Assembly (NCBI GenBank): GCA_035686305.1
Contig: DASRZP010000052.1
Span: 9,723 to 73,722 of the forward strand
From: Thermodesulfovibrionales bacterium
GTDB taxonomy: Bacteria > Nitrospirota > Thermodesulfovibrionia > Thermodesulfovibrionales > UBA9159
DNA length: 64,000 bases
Reading direction: 5' to 3'
A model generated the notes under the pieces. The model made no database searches and was not told the DNA's origin. It saw nothing but the letters and a program-made list of their open reading frames with translations. Made by a program: the position numbers and the translations under genes. Positions 34,422 through 44,446 of this stretch are shown here, in pieces (position 1 is the stretch's first letter; each line of letters begins with the position of its first letter).

Positions 34422-36740
34422 ATGTCAAAGGTAAGAATCTACGAGCTCGCTAAGAAGTTAGGCGTCAATAACAAGGACGTTATCACCGCTCTCTCTCAAC
34501 TCGGTATTACGGGGAAGACCCATTCTTCCAGTATAGATGATGAGACAGCCGGGAAAGTTACGCGTATCTGCAAGGGGACAGAGGAGCCTGCCGCAGCGCC
34601 TCTCGAGGCTGAGGCCAAGGCTGTCCCGTCTGAAGGAGTGAGGAAAGAAGTCTCGCCGGAGGAACCTTCTGAAGAACCCGCTGAAGAACCTTCGCCGGCC
34701 CCTGAGACAGAGCAGGTGCCTTTTCCTGAAAAGGAGGCCGGGGGGAAAGAGTCCGCGGCGGTCGTTGAAGAGACGGAGATTGAGGTCCCTGACAGGTTTA
34801 AGAAAGAGATAGAGACCGAGAAGGTGGAGAAGTTCAAGGCGAAACCTGCTATGCAGCGGGCATTTCAGACGGTCAGAAAGATAGAGCCTAAGAAGTGGCA
34901 TGAAGTAAAGGGATTCAGGAAGACGGGAAAGGAGAGGGGACCGGTCAAGGTACAGGAAAAATTTCAGCCTCAGATTACGGCCCCCCGGAAGAAGCAGTTA
35001 AAGATCCAGGAAGGAACTACGGTAAAAGAGTTCGCCGAGCTCATCAGCGTGAAACTCGCTGAAGTCATCAAGAAGTTTATGGAATTAGGATACATGCCCA
35101 CGATAAACCAGCCCGTAGACATCGATGCCGCGCTCCTCGTGGCCGAGGGTTTCGGCGTCAAACTCGAAGTGGCGAGTATGGCAGAAGAGGTCCCCCTTGA
35201 AGAAGAGGTCGAGGACGAGGCTTTACTCAGGCCCCGGCCGCCTGTCGTGACAATCATGGGACATGTCGACCATGGTAAGACCTCGTTGCTCGATGCGATC
35301 CGGCAGACGAAGGTGACCGAGACAGAGGCGGGAGGGATCACACAGCATATCGGCGCTTATAAGGTGACGCTGAAAGGGAAGGAGATCGTTTTCCTCGATA
35401 CGCCGGGCCATGAAGCTTTCACGGCGTTGAGGGCAAGGGGGGCCAAGGTTACCGATGTCGTTGTCCTTGTTGTCGCTGCCGATGACGGCGTCAAGCCTCA
35501 GACCGTCGAGGCCATCGATCATGCGAAGGCCGCAAATGTGCCGATCGTCGTCGCGATCAACAAGATCGACAAGCCCGAGGCGAACCTTGAGCGCGTCAGG
35601 AATGAACTCGCTGAGCACGGCATCGTCTCCGAGGCCTGGGGGGGACAGAACATCTTTGTCGAGGTCTCTGCAAAGAAACGCATAGGGATCGAACATCTCC
35701 TCGAGATGATACTCCTCCAGGCAGAGATCATGGAGCTTAAGGCGAACCCTGAACGGATGGCCAAGGGTACCATCATCGAGGCACGCCTCGACAGAGGAAG
35801 GGGTCCCGTTGCGACAGTCCTGGTGCAGACAGGCACACTGCAGGTGGGCGAGGCCTTTCTGGCGGGGACGAACGTTGGGAAGGTTAGGGCTCTTATTGAC
35901 GATACAGGAAAACGTATCCACGAGGCGCATCCGTCAACCCCTGTCGAAGTGATCGGGTTCTCTGATGTTCCGACTGCTGGGGACACGTTCTTTGCCGTGG
36001 AAGATGAGAAGAAGGCAAGACAGATAGCGATGGTGAGACACCAGAAACAGAGGCTCGCTGAGATAGCGAAGCAAAAGAAACTGACCCTCGATGATCTCTA
36101 TTCAAAGATCAAGGAAGGGGAGATCAAGGACCTCAACATCATCATCAAGGGTGACGTGCAGGGTTCTATTGAGGCGCTGAAGGACGCCTTCGAGCACATT
36201 GTCCATGCCGAGGTCAAGGTGAGGGTCATTCACGCGTCCGTTGGCGCAATCAATGAATCGGATGTTATGCTCGCCGCCGCATCAAACGCCATCATCATGG
36301 GCTTTAATGTGAGACCTGAACCGAAGGCCTATCAGCTCGCCGAAAGGGAGGGCGTCGACATGCGCCACTATAACATCATCTATGTGGCGATTGAGGATGT
36401 GAAAAAGGCCCTTGAAGGGCTCCTGGAGCCGACGCTCAAAGAGAAGATACTCGGTAGGGCCGAAGTCAGGGAGACCTTTCAGGTCTCGAGGCTCGGAACA
36501 ATCGCAGGGTGCTATGTCCTTGACGGAACCATAAGCCGTGCCAGTGACGGCATAAGGATCATTCGTGACAATATCGTCATCTATGGGGGAAAGATTTCAT
36601 CCCTCAAGAGATTCAAAGAGGACGTACGGGATGTTCAGACGGGATACGAATGCGGGATCATGATCGAAAACTATAACGACCTCAAGGTAGGCGACATCCT
36701 TGAAAATTACGTCATCGAAAAGATAGCGGGAAAACTCTAA
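34422..36740 (+). CDS. infB: Translation initiation factor IF-2
   Basis: N-terminal [15 protein letters not shown]-domain motifs [25 protein letters not shown]. Acidic/Pro-rich linker. Confidence 0.97.
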   Translation: MSKVRIYELAKKLGVNNKDVITALSQLGITGKTHSSSIDDETAGKVTRICKGTEEPAAAPLEAEAKAVPSEGVRKEVSPEEPSEEPAEEPSPAPETEQVPFPEKEAGGKESAAVVEETEIEVPDRFKKEIETEKVEKFKAKPAMQRAFQTVRKIEPKKWHEVKGFRKTGKERGPVKVQEKFQPQITAPRKKQLKIQEGTTVKEFAELISVKLAEVIKKFMELGYMPTINQPVDIDAALLVAEGFGVKLEVASMAEEVPLEEEVEDEALLRPRPPVVTIMGHVDHGKTSLLDAIRQTKVTETEAGGITQHIGAYKVTLKGKEIVFLDTPGHEAFTALRARGAKVTDVVVLVVAADDGVKPQTVEAIDHAKAANVPIVVAINKIDKPEANLERVRNELAEHGIVSEAWGGQNIFVEVSAKKRIGIEHLLEMILLQAEIMELKANPERMAKGTIIEARLDRGRGPVATVLVQTGTLQVGEAFLAGTNVGKVRALIDDTGKRIHEAHPSTPVEVIGFSDVPTAGDTFFAVEDEKKARQIAMVRHQKQRLAEIAKQKKLTLDDLYSKIKEGEIKDLNIIIKGDVQGSIEALKDAFEHIVHAEVKVRVIHASVGAINESDVMLAAASNAIIMGFNVRPEPKAYQLAEREGVDMRHYNIIYVAIEDVKKALEGLLEPTLKEKILGRAEVRETFQVSRLGTIAGCYVLDGTISRASDGIRIIRDNIVIYGGKISSLKRFKEDVRDVQTGYECGIMIENYNDLKVGDILENYVIEKIAGKL

Positions 36741-36850
36741 CTTCAGAGATAGGGCAACGATGCATTATCCTTCCCCCATTCCTTGCTCTTGAGGACTGGG
36801 GAAAGGGGCATCTTTATACATAAATACATAAGTAGCTACGAACTGCTGAA

Positions 36851-37198
36851 ATGCAACCCTATAAGCGCTCGCAGAGAGTCGGCGACCTCCTCAGGGAGGA
36901 GATAGCCGAGATCATCATGAAGAAGGTGAAGGACCCGCGCCTCGGTTTTGTGACGGTGACCGGCGTGGACATTACCGATGACCTGAAGATTGCAAAGGTC
37001 TTTGTGAGCATCCTCAAGGAAGAAGAGCGGGAGACTGCCCTGTCTATCCTGAACTCTGCCAGGAGTTTTGTCCGTTCCGAGCTTGCAAAGAGGGTAAGAA
37101 TGAAGTCCATACCGTCCCTCGAGTTCAGGATCGACGAGTCGGTCGAATACGGAGGAAGGATAGACAAGCTCTTGAAGGAGATCAGGGAAAAGCTTTGA
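36851..37198 (+). CDS. rbfA: Ribosome-binding factor A
   Basis: RSQRVGDLLREEIAEII...DPRLGFVTVTGVDITDDLKIAKVFVS. Confidence 0.93.
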   Translation: MQPYKRSQRVGDLLREEIAEIIMKKVKDPRLGFVTVTGVDITDDLKIAKVFVSILKEEERETALSILNSARSFVRSELAKRVRMKSIPSLEFRIDESVEYGGRIDKLLKEIREKL

Positions 37199-38148
37199 GA
37201 GTCCCCGAAGAACTTATAGCCCTCATCAGGAAGAACAGAGACTTTATCCTTGCAACCCATACAAGTCCTGATGGTGATGCACTCGGTTCGAGTCTTGCGC
37301 TTTCTTCCGCCCTTGAGTCATTGGGCAAGATTACCGCGGTCTTTAACCGTGACGGGGTCCCTGAAATCTATCGTTTCCTTCCCGGTCGTGAGAGGGTTGC
37401 CAGTTTGCTGCCCCGCGACAAGGGTCTTCTTGTCCTCCTTGATTGTAATGAACCCGAAAGGGCCGGGCTTGGCGACGCGTCGTTTCCTTATTCCATAGTG
37501 ATAGACCATCATGAGACGGTGAGGGACTTCGGGGATATCAGATGGATCGAACCCCATGCTGCCTCCACAGGGATGATGGTCTATTACCTGCTGAAGGAGT
37601 TAGGGGTACGGATAACGGGAGATGTGGCAACCAATCTTTACGCTGCGATTGCCGTTGACACGGGGACGATGAGATACGGCAATACGACGTCTGAGGTCCT
37701 GAGGGTCTGCGCTGAGCTGGTCGACTCCGGCGCCGACCCTGGTTCGATTTCCTCCGCGCTTTATGAGGCATGGTCCTACGGAAGATTCAGGCTTCTCCTC
37801 AGTGTCCTCAACACTCTTGAGGTCGTGGGCGATATCGCCATGACGTACGTAACAAAGGAGATGTTCTCCCAGACGGGTACTTCCCCCGAGGACACTGAGC
37901 ATTTCTCGAGTTTCCCCAGGATGATGAAGGATATACGGGTATCGGCATTCTTCAGGCAGACTGATGATGGATGGAAGGTGAGTCTCCGGTCAAGGGGAGA
38001 TGCCGATGTTGCGAGGATAGCGGAACAGTTCAGAGGAGGCGGACACAAGAACGCGGCAGGCTACAGGACAAAAGGTGACCTTAAGACCGCACATGAAATA
38101 CTGATTGGCAAGCTCAGGGATGAGACCTTTGCAACAAAGGCCCTATGA
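37195..38148 (+). CDS. DHH/DHHA1 phosphoesterase (NrnA-like oligoribonuclease/pAp phosphatase)
   Basis: HTSPDGDALGS, DCNEP, VIDHHET and GGGHKNAAG motifs. A TTG start overlaps the rbfA stop. Confidence 0.85.
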   Translation: MRVPEELIALIRKNRDFILATHTSPDGDALGSSLALSSALESLGKITAVFNRDGVPEIYRFLPGRERVASLLPRDKGLLVLLDCNEPERAGLGDASFPYSIVIDHHETVRDFGDIRWIEPHAASTGMMVYYLLKELGVRITGDVATNLYAAIAVDTGTMRYGNTTSEVLRVCAELVDSGADPGSISSALYEAWSYGRFRLLLSVLNTLEVVGDIAMTYVTKEMFSQTGTSPEDTEHFSSFPRMMKDIRVSAFFRQTDDGWKVSLRSRGDADVARIAEQFRGGGHKNAAGYRTKGDLKTAHEILIGKLRDETFATKAL

Positions 38149-38324
38149 CGGCGCGAATACCTACTCACTGACCCTCGGCGCGGAATTCACTATCTCACAA
38201 AATCCCAAGAGCCCTGTCATTTTTAAGAACAGAGGACTGTCAAAAATACTGATACGTTTGAGGACAGAAAAGGGGAGAGTCCTGTTTATTGTTTAAGAAC
38301 AGCCATTTGGGGGAAATGAGGCAC

Positions 38325-38340
38325 TGGCACGAAAACTGCT
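38325..38340 (+). promoter_or_regulatory. Sigma-54-type -24/-12 match directly upstream of truB
   Basis: TGGCACGAAAACTGCT has GG/GC in consensus register. It ends only 15 nt before the truB ATG, and no SD is present. Confidence 0.35.
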
Positions 38341-38355
38341 TTCGGTGAATTTTGC

Positions 38356-39291
38356 ATGGACGCAGTCATTAACATAGACAAACCCGGAGACCTTTCTTCA
38401 CAACAAGCCGTCACCACCGTAAAGAAGATCGTCGGAACGAGGAAGGCTGGCCACGCCGGGACCCTCGATCCCCTCGCCACTGGCGTTTTGCTGGTATGTA
38501 CCGGCGAAGCCACAAAAGTCACACGATTCCTCGCAGACCTCGATAAAGAGTACATCGCTCTTATGAAACTCGGTGAAAAGACGGATACCCTGGACTCAGA
38601 GGGGGTTATAGTCAAAAGAACCGACAACATTCGCCTCGAAAGGGAAGATCTGGAAAAGACCATTGAGAGGTTTGTGGGGAGAGTTGCTCAGATCCCGCCG
38701 ATGTACTCGGCAATCAAGGTTGGAGGCAAACGCCTTTACACTTTTGCGCGAAAAGGCATGGAGTTGGAGAGGCCTGAGCGGACGGTCGAGATCAGCAGGA
38801 TAGAGATAACGAGGTTCGACCTGCCCTGGCTCGAGATAAGGGTTTTGTGCTCCAAGGGAACATATATCAGAACGTTGTGCGATGATCTTGGAGATGCGCT
38901 CGGAGTAGGTGCTCATGTCACGGCTTTGAGAAGAACGAGGATAGGCAACTTTCGCGTTGAGGATTCCGCGACCCCTGGCGAGTTGAGGGATTTGATGCAT
39001 GGCTTGAAGTTGCCTGCACATGAAATGGAAGACCTGAAGACCGGCATGAAGGCGAGGGTGTTGGTGTCGATAGCAAGTATCGACGCTGCCCTGGCTCATC
39101 TCGGCGAAATCATATTGACCGATGAGCAGTTTGCCAAGGCCAGGAACGGGGCGCCGTTCATCTCTCCTATCCCCGAAAATGGCAGAGAGAGGTTCTTAAG
39201 GATGAGAGATCCCTCTGGCAACCTTTTTGCCATAGGGAAAACAGTTGGTCACTTGATAAAGATAGAAAGGATTCTGCATGTTAGCGGTTGA
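38356..39291 (+). CDS. truB: tRNA pseudouridine(55) synthase
   Basis: INIDKPGDLSSQQAV...KAGHAGTLDPLATGVLLV (catalytic Asp context) and a PUA-like C-terminus. Confidence 0.93.
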   Translation: MDAVINIDKPGDLSSQQAVTTVKKIVGTRKAGHAGTLDPLATGVLLVCTGEATKVTRFLADLDKEYIALMKLGEKTDTLDSEGVIVKRTDNIRLEREDLEKTIERFVGRVAQIPPMYSAIKVGGKRLYTFARKGMELERPERTVEISRIEITRFDLPWLEIRVLCSKGTYIRTLCDDLGDALGVGAHVTALRRTRIGNFRVEDSATPGELRDLMHGLKLPAHEMEDLKTGMKARVLVSIASIDAALAHLGEIILTDEQFAKARNGAPFISPIPENGRERFLRMRDPSGNLFAIGKTVGHLIKIERILHVSG

Positions 39292-39310
39292 AATTAAAGC
39301 ATTATTTGAA

Positions 39311-39336
39311 GGTTTAAAGTAAACCTCATGATTTTT
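39311..39336 (+). terminator. Weak stem-loop plus T-run after truB
   Basis: GGTTTA-AAG-TAAACC (39311-39325), followed by TCATGATTTTT. The stem is short and AT-rich. Confidence 0.25.
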
Positions 39337-39348
39337 AATAAAAAATAC

Positions 39349-39377
39349 TTGACAAGAAAGTTTTTTTCTGTTATTTA
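39349..39377 (+). promoter_or_regulatory. Sigma-70-type promoter for pilMNOPQ
   Basis: TTGACA (39349-39354), a 17-nt spacer, then TATTTA (39372-39377), with an A/T-rich upstream tract. The -10 element ends 6 nt before the pilM ATG. Confidence 0.55.
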
Positions 39378-39383
39378 TTAGCT

Positions 39384-40436
39384 ATGTTATTTGGGAAGAA
39401 AGGCATAGTCGGTCTCGATATCGGGTCAAGCTACATTAAAGCTGTTCAGCTTAGGGAAAGCCGCTCAGGCTATGAACTGGAATTCTTTGACATGTTTCCG
39501 ATCTCGCCGGAACTCATCGTCGAAGGGTCCATTATCGATGCCATCAGACTGACGGAATCGCTGAAGGAACTCGTGCGAAAAGCGAAGATACAGAGCAAGA
39601 ACGTCGTCATCGCCATATCCGGCCATTCTTCGGTCATTATCAAGCGTATATCCTTGCCCGAGATGACGGAAGAGGAACTGAGCGAATCGATCAAGTTCGA
39701 GGCAGAGCAGTACATTCCCTTTGATATCGAAGATGTGAACCTTGATTTCCAGATACTCGGGCCAAGAGAGGAAGCCGGGCAGATGGACGTCATCCTGGTC
39801 GCAGTCAAGAAAGATGTTGTCAACGACTATGTCTCGGCCGTGAGAGATGCCGGTCTCAATCCCGTTATCGTGGATGTCGACTCCTTTGCCCTCGAAAACA
39901 TGTATGGAATAAATTATGAAATAGAACCCGGAACGAACGTCGCCCTTGTCAATATCGGAGCAAGCACCATGAACATGAATATTCTCAGGGGCGGGGTCTC
40001 GGTCTTCACAAGGGACAGTTCTTTGGGAGGCAACATCCTTACTGAAGCGCTCCAGAAGGAGTTCAATCTGACATACGAAGAGGCGGAACGTTTGAAGCGT
40101 GGGGAACCCTTTGAGAAGGTGAAAGGGGAAGAGGCCTATACGATGATGGTGAGCGCATCGGGTGATATCGTTACAGAAGTGGCGCGCTCCCTGGACTACT
40201 TCAGAAGCTCAACACACCAGCCGGAGATCCGGGAGGTGATACTGAGCGGAGGGTGCGCGCTCATACGCGATTTTCCAAGACTCCTTTCCGAGAGGATAGG
40301 CATGGACGTTGTCATTGCGGAACCTTTCAGGAACATACAGATCCCGAAGAAATTCGACCGATCCTATCTTGAGGAGATTGCTCCGATTGCTGCCGTTGCC
40401 ATCGGTCTTGCCATCAGGAGGCCCGAGGACAGATGA
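39384..40436 (+). CDS. pilM: Type IV pilus assembly protein PilM (actin-like ATPase fold)
   Basis: MLFGKKGIVGLDIGSSYIKAVQL... and its position at the head of pilNOPQ. Confidence 0.92.
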   Translation: MLFGKKGIVGLDIGSSYIKAVQLRESRSGYELEFFDMFPISPELIVEGSIIDAIRLTESLKELVRKAKIQSKNVVIAISGHSSVIIKRISLPEMTEEELSESIKFEAEQYIPFDIEDVNLDFQILGPREEAGQMDVILVAVKKDVVNDYVSAVRDAGLNPVIVDVDSFALENMYGINYEIEPGTNVALVNIGASTMNMNILRGGVSVFTRDSSLGGNILTEALQKEFNLTYEEAERLKRGEPFEKVKGEEAYTMMVSASGDIVTEVARSLDYFRSSTHQPEIREVILSGGCALIRDFPRLLSERIGMDVVIAEPFRNIQIPKKFDRSYLEEIAPIAAVAIGLAIRRPEDR

Positions 40437-40972
40437 TACGGATAAACCTCCTGCCCGTTAAGAGAAAGAAGAAGGCGAAGCCCCTCCCTACCTTTGTTAT
40501 AGGGGTCACCTTCATCGGACTCTTCCTGGCCGCCGTGCTCCTCTATCTGTACTTCTATTTCGATTCCAACATGAAATCGGCGGAGGCACAGTTCGAGACG
40601 AACAAGGGGAAGATCGCCGAGTTGAAGAAAAGGATCAAAGAAGTTGATGACTATGAAAACCTGAACAAGACCTTTGATGAGAGGAATAAGATCATTGAGC
40701 ATCTCAGAAAGAATCAGAACATCCCTGCAAGGATGCTCGACGACATAAGTAAGGCCCTTCCGAACGGTGTCTGGCTGAATTCCATGGCGGTCCAGGGTGA
40801 CGCGGTAACGCTCGAAGGATATGCCTTCTCAAACTCCGATGTCGTCGCGTACGTCGAGAATCTGAAAAACACCAAGAAGTTTACCGATATCTTCCTCCAG
40901 GAGACAAAGCAAACAGAAATAGAGAAGATTGCCGTATATTCTTATAAACTCACGCTGAAGGTAGTTGCTTAG
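40433..40972 (+). CDS. pilN: Type IV pilus assembly protein PilN
   Basis: MIRINLLPVKRKKK, then a single TM helix. ATGA overlap with pilM. Confidence 0.9.
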   Translation: MIRINLLPVKRKKKAKPLPTFVIGVTFIGLFLAAVLLYLYFYFDSNMKSAEAQFETNKGKIAELKKRIKEVDDYENLNKTFDERNKIIEHLRKNQNIPARMLDDISKALPNGVWLNSMAVQGDAVTLEGYAFSNSDVVAYVENLKNTKKFTDIFLQETKQTEIEKIAVYSYKLTLKVVA

Positions 40973-41587
40973 ATGGATCTGAAGAACATTGATCTGAAGA
41001 CGATGCCTGCCGGGGTAAAGGTCGGCCTCATAGCGGCGCTTTTCGTCATTATCGCCGTCCTGGTCGCCGTCTTCCTCATACTGCCGAAATACAAGGAGAT
41101 CCAGCGGCTCAGGGGCGAGATCACACAACAGGAGAACGAGATCGCAAAGGATCAGGCAAAGTCAGCAAAACTCTCGACGCTCAAGCTGGAGAACGAGAAG
41201 CTGAAAAGGAGGCTGGAAGAACTGAAGCTCCAGCTTCCCGAGGAGCGCGAGGTCTCGGGCCTCCTGAAGCAGGTGTCGGACCTCGGAATAAAGTCGGGCC
41301 TCAAGATCGTCTCGTGGAAGCCCGAGCAGAAAAGGGATCACCTGAGCGGGATCATTTACGAGATCCCCGTCTCCGTTGAGCTCTCAGGGACCTATCACAA
41401 TCTCGGCATCTTCTTCAGCAGCCTGACGAAACTGAGCAGGATCGTGAATATCGCTGATATCAAGATAAGCGATCCCAAGTCCCAGGTCAACGAGGCAACA
41501 GATAAGATAACGTTTAAGGCAACGACCTTCTCGGCGATTCCCGAAAGCGAAATCTCTGCAAAGGCGCCGGAGAGCAAGAAGAAATGA
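40973..41587 (+). CDS. pilO: Type IV pilus assembly protein PilO
   Basis: TM helix, coiled coil, and LPEEREVSGLLKQVSDLGIKSGLKIVSWKP. Position within the operon. Confidence 0.88.
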   Translation: MDLKNIDLKTMPAGVKVGLIAALFVIIAVLVAVFLILPKYKEIQRLRGEITQQENEIAKDQAKSAKLSTLKLENEKLKRRLEELKLQLPEEREVSGLLKQVSDLGIKSGLKIVSWKPEQKRDHLSGIIYEIPVSVELSGTYHNLGIFFSSLTKLSRIVNIADIKISDPKSQVNEATDKITFKATTFSAIPESEISAKAPESKKK

Positions 41588-41600
41588 CGGGGGCTCGGAG

Positions 41601-42134
41601 ATGACGAAAATTCTTGCAACGATCATGGTCATCGTGGCTTTCCTTGTTGCCTGCAGGAAGGAGGCTCAGAAGCCTGCGCAGGAGGTGAAGCCACAGGTCC
41701 AGGCCCAGAAGGCAGCAGCGGCCAAAGAGGCGACGCCTGAGGCGAAACCCGAGGAAGGGAAGGTAGAGACCGAGACCTATGTCTATGATCCCAAGGGAAG
41801 GAGAGACCCCTTCCTGTCGATTATAGAATCGGCGAAGAAGGAGAGAGACACAGAGAAGAGGAAAAAAGGCCTGAGACCTTCAGAGGCCTTTGACGTGAGC
41901 GAAATAAAGATCATCGCCATCGCCTCCGACAGGAAGAATAGTTATGCCATGGTACTGTTCCCCGATAATAAGTATTACACAGTCAAAGAGGGGATGACCC
42001 TTGGGGCCTATGGCGGCAAGGTGGTCAAAATCACCCCGGAAAGCATCGTGGTGAGAGAGCTTATAAAGAACTATAAAGGCGAGACCCTGCCGAAGGACAC
42101 AATCTTGAAGCTCCGGAAAGAGGAGGGAGAATGA
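41601..42134 (+). CDS. pilP: Type IV pilus assembly lipoprotein PilP
   Basis: Lipobox FLVAC, a low-complexity linker, then YDPKGRRDPF...YTVKEGMTLG..GKVVKITPESIVV. Confidence 0.85.
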   Translation: MTKILATIMVIVAFLVACRKEAQKPAQEVKPQVQAQKAAAAKEATPEAKPEEGKVETETYVYDPKGRRDPFLSIIESAKKERDTEKRKKGLRPSEAFDVSEIKIIAIASDRKNSYAMVLFPDNKYYTVKEGMTLGAYGGKVVKITPESIVVRELIKNYKGETLPKDTILKLRKEEGE

Positions 42135-44404
42135 AAGAACAGAGAATGATTTCTATGATTTTGTTCATGACCATACTGGCTTTTATCGGGGGTTGTGCCA
42201 CAAGCGGCAAGGTCAGGCAGGAGCCGATGCAAGAGGAGGCCGTCATAACCGATATCATCATATCCGACAATAAACTCGAGATCAAAGCGAATGGTCCTTT
42301 TGCATATACCGTCTATAAGCCGTCGGACCCTTTTCGAGTTGTCCTTGAGATGCCCGGCGTTAGTACCGGGGCATACAAAGACAAGATCGTGTCGAGAAGT
42401 GCAGGCATTACTGAAGTCATACCTACTCAGGCAGATTCTCAGAAGCCCACAGCGAAGATCGAAGTCCTCCTCCAAAGCCCCTCTCATGTCGAACCCTCGT
42501 ACCATGACAATGTGCTGACGGTGACGGTCAAGGAACCTGGAGAAGCAAAACCGATGACGACCGGGGAACTCCCTGTACCAGCGGTGATGTCAATGGAGAA
42601 AACGGCTGCTGAGGTGAAGGAAGAGGATAAGGAGACGAAAGGGGAGAGCATCTCAGTCACAACGGCGGGTGAAACGGCCCCGATGGTGGAAGAGACCGCT
42701 CTTCTGTCGAAGGCCTCGGAAATAAGGGAGATACGCTTGGAGCAGACAGATGGTACCGTGAACTGTATTATCAGGGGTGACGGGTCGATGACCCCTACGG
42801 TATTTACTCTCAGGAGCCGGATTGTTGTTGATATCCCGAATGTGAACCTAAGGGCGAAGCTTCCCTCTGCCGTCATCGCACCCGTCAAGGGGATACGAGC
42901 GGGTAAGCACGGGGAAAAGACGAGGCTTGTTATAGACCTCAGAGAGATGAAGAACTTCGATGTTTCGTCGGTAAAAGACACCGTAATCATTGCAATTCAG
43001 GGGGCCGAAGCCGGCATCGTTGCCGCTAAAAGAGAGGCCCCTTCCCATGGGCCCCAGCGGACTGGAGTTGAAGAGAAGAAGGAAGACGAACAAAGGGTCC
43101 CTTCTGCCGCTACTGTTGGAGAGGTTGCAGAGATAAAGGAGGCAGAGGTCATCGTCGAAGGAAAATACAGCGGCAAAAAAATATCCCTCGACTTTCAGGA
43201 TGCCGATATCGTGCCGATATTCAGGCTCCTTTCCGACATCAGCGGATACAACATTGTTGTCAGCCCTGAGGTGAAGGGTAAACTCACGATGAAACTGATC
43301 AATGTGCCTTGGGACCAGGCCCTGGACCTTATCCTCAAGACATTCTCCCTGGGCAAGTCTGTCGAAGGGAATATCATCAGGATAGCACCGCTTTCTGTTC
43401 TGGCGAAGGAGAGCGAAGACAAGGCGAGGGCAAAAGAGGCTGAAGTCAAGGCAGAGCCCCTCGAGACGAAGATCTTTCTGATAAGCTTCGCTGATCTCAC
43501 CGTGGTCGAGAAGAACCTTAAGGATTCAAAGGTGCTTTCGGCGAGGGGGAGCATCAGCACTGACAAGCGAACGAGTTCCATTGTCGTCAAGGACGTTCCT
43601 TCGGTCATGCGTCAGATTGAAAATATCCTCTTGACCCTTGACCAGGCCACACCGCAGGTGATGATTGAGGCAAGGATCGTCGAGGTGAGCATCAATGATT
43701 TACGTGATTTGGGTATACAATGGGGATTAACGCTGAATGCGTCCAACACCCTATCATCCCTCACGGGGTTGTCAAGCCTGAACAAAGGATCATTCACCGG
43801 AAATCCCTTGGTCGTTGACCTGCCTGCGGGCAGTGTTTCTGCCGGATCAGGCTCGGGTTTTACCTTCGGGCTCCTCAACCCTTCAAAGACCCTGGGGCTT
43901 GACCTGCAGCTCTCGGCCCTCGAAAGCACCGGCAGGACAAAGATCATTTCGAATCCTAAGGTAGTTACGATCGATAATGAAAAGGCCACCATTATGCAGG
44001 GTACGAGCGAACCTTACCCACAGTTGACTCCTGAGGGCACCATAAGCACCGCCTTTAAGGATGTGGTGCTCAGTACCGAGGTGACTCCCCATATAACGCC
44101 TGGCGGCTCCGTGAGCATGTCTGTCCTTGTGAAGAAGGAAGATATTCTCGGTACCGTCAAAATCGCAGGTTCCGACGTGCCGAGGACTTCCAAGATCGAG
44201 GGGAATACGAAGGTCCTCGTACAGAACGGAGAGACCCTCGTTATCGGAGGGGTCTACAAGAAGACGACGAAGGAGTCAAGCTCAGGGGTTCCTGGGTTGA
44301 TGAAGCTCCCCATCATCGGGAGTCTTTTCAGGACTGACCTTACTTCAGAAGATACCGCCGAACTTCTGATATTCATTACTCCCAGGATCGTAGGGAAGCT
44401 ATAA
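42131..44404 (+). CDS. pilQ: Type IV pilus secretin PilQ with two AMIN-like domains and an N-terminal lipobox
   Basis: Secretin core motifs (VMIEARIVEV..., GVPGL..LPIIG.LF, LLIFITPRIV). Two AMIN-like repeats (LEIKANGPF.YTVYKPSDPFRVVLEMPG; CIIRGDGSMTPTVFTLRSRIVVDIPN). Signal LAFIGGC, with the Cys codon at 42194-42196. Confidence 0.92.
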   Translation: MKEQRMISMILFMTILAFIGGCATSGKVRQEPMQEEAVITDIIISDNKLEIKANGPFAYTVYKPSDPFRVVLEMPGVSTGAYKDKIVSRSAGITEVIPTQADSQKPTAKIEVLLQSPSHVEPSYHDNVLTVTVKEPGEAKPMTTGELPVPAVMSMEKTAAEVKEEDKETKGESISVTTAGETAPMVEETALLSKASEIREIRLEQTDGTVNCIIRGDGSMTPTVFTLRSRIVVDIPNVNLRAKLPSAVIAPVKGIRAGKHGEKTRLVIDLREMKNFDVSSVKDTVIIAIQGAEAGIVAAKREAPSHGPQRTGVEEKKEDEQRVPSAATVGEVAEIKEAEVIVEGKYSGKKISLDFQDADIVPIFRLLSDISGYNIVVSPEVKGKLTMKLINVPWDQALDLILKTFSLGKSVEGNIIRIAPLSVLAKESEDKARAKEAEVKAEPLETKIFLISFADLTVVEKNLKDSKVLSARGSISTDKRTSSIVVKDVPSVMRQIENILLTLDQATPQVMIEARIVEVSINDLRDLGIQWGLTLNASNTLSSLTGLSSLNKGSFTGNPLVVDLPAGSVSAGSGSGFTFGLLNPSKTLGLDLQLSALESTGRTKIISNPKVVTIDNEKATIMQGTSEPYPQLTPEGTISTAFKDVVLSTEVTPHITPGGSVSMSVLVKKEDILGTVKIAGSDVPRTSKIEGNTKVLVQNGETLVIGGVYKKTTKESSSGVPGLMKLPIIGSLFRTDLTSEDTAELLIFITPRIVGKL

Positions 44405-44446
44405 GAGGTACGATGATATGATATACGAAAAATATTTGGAGGTACG

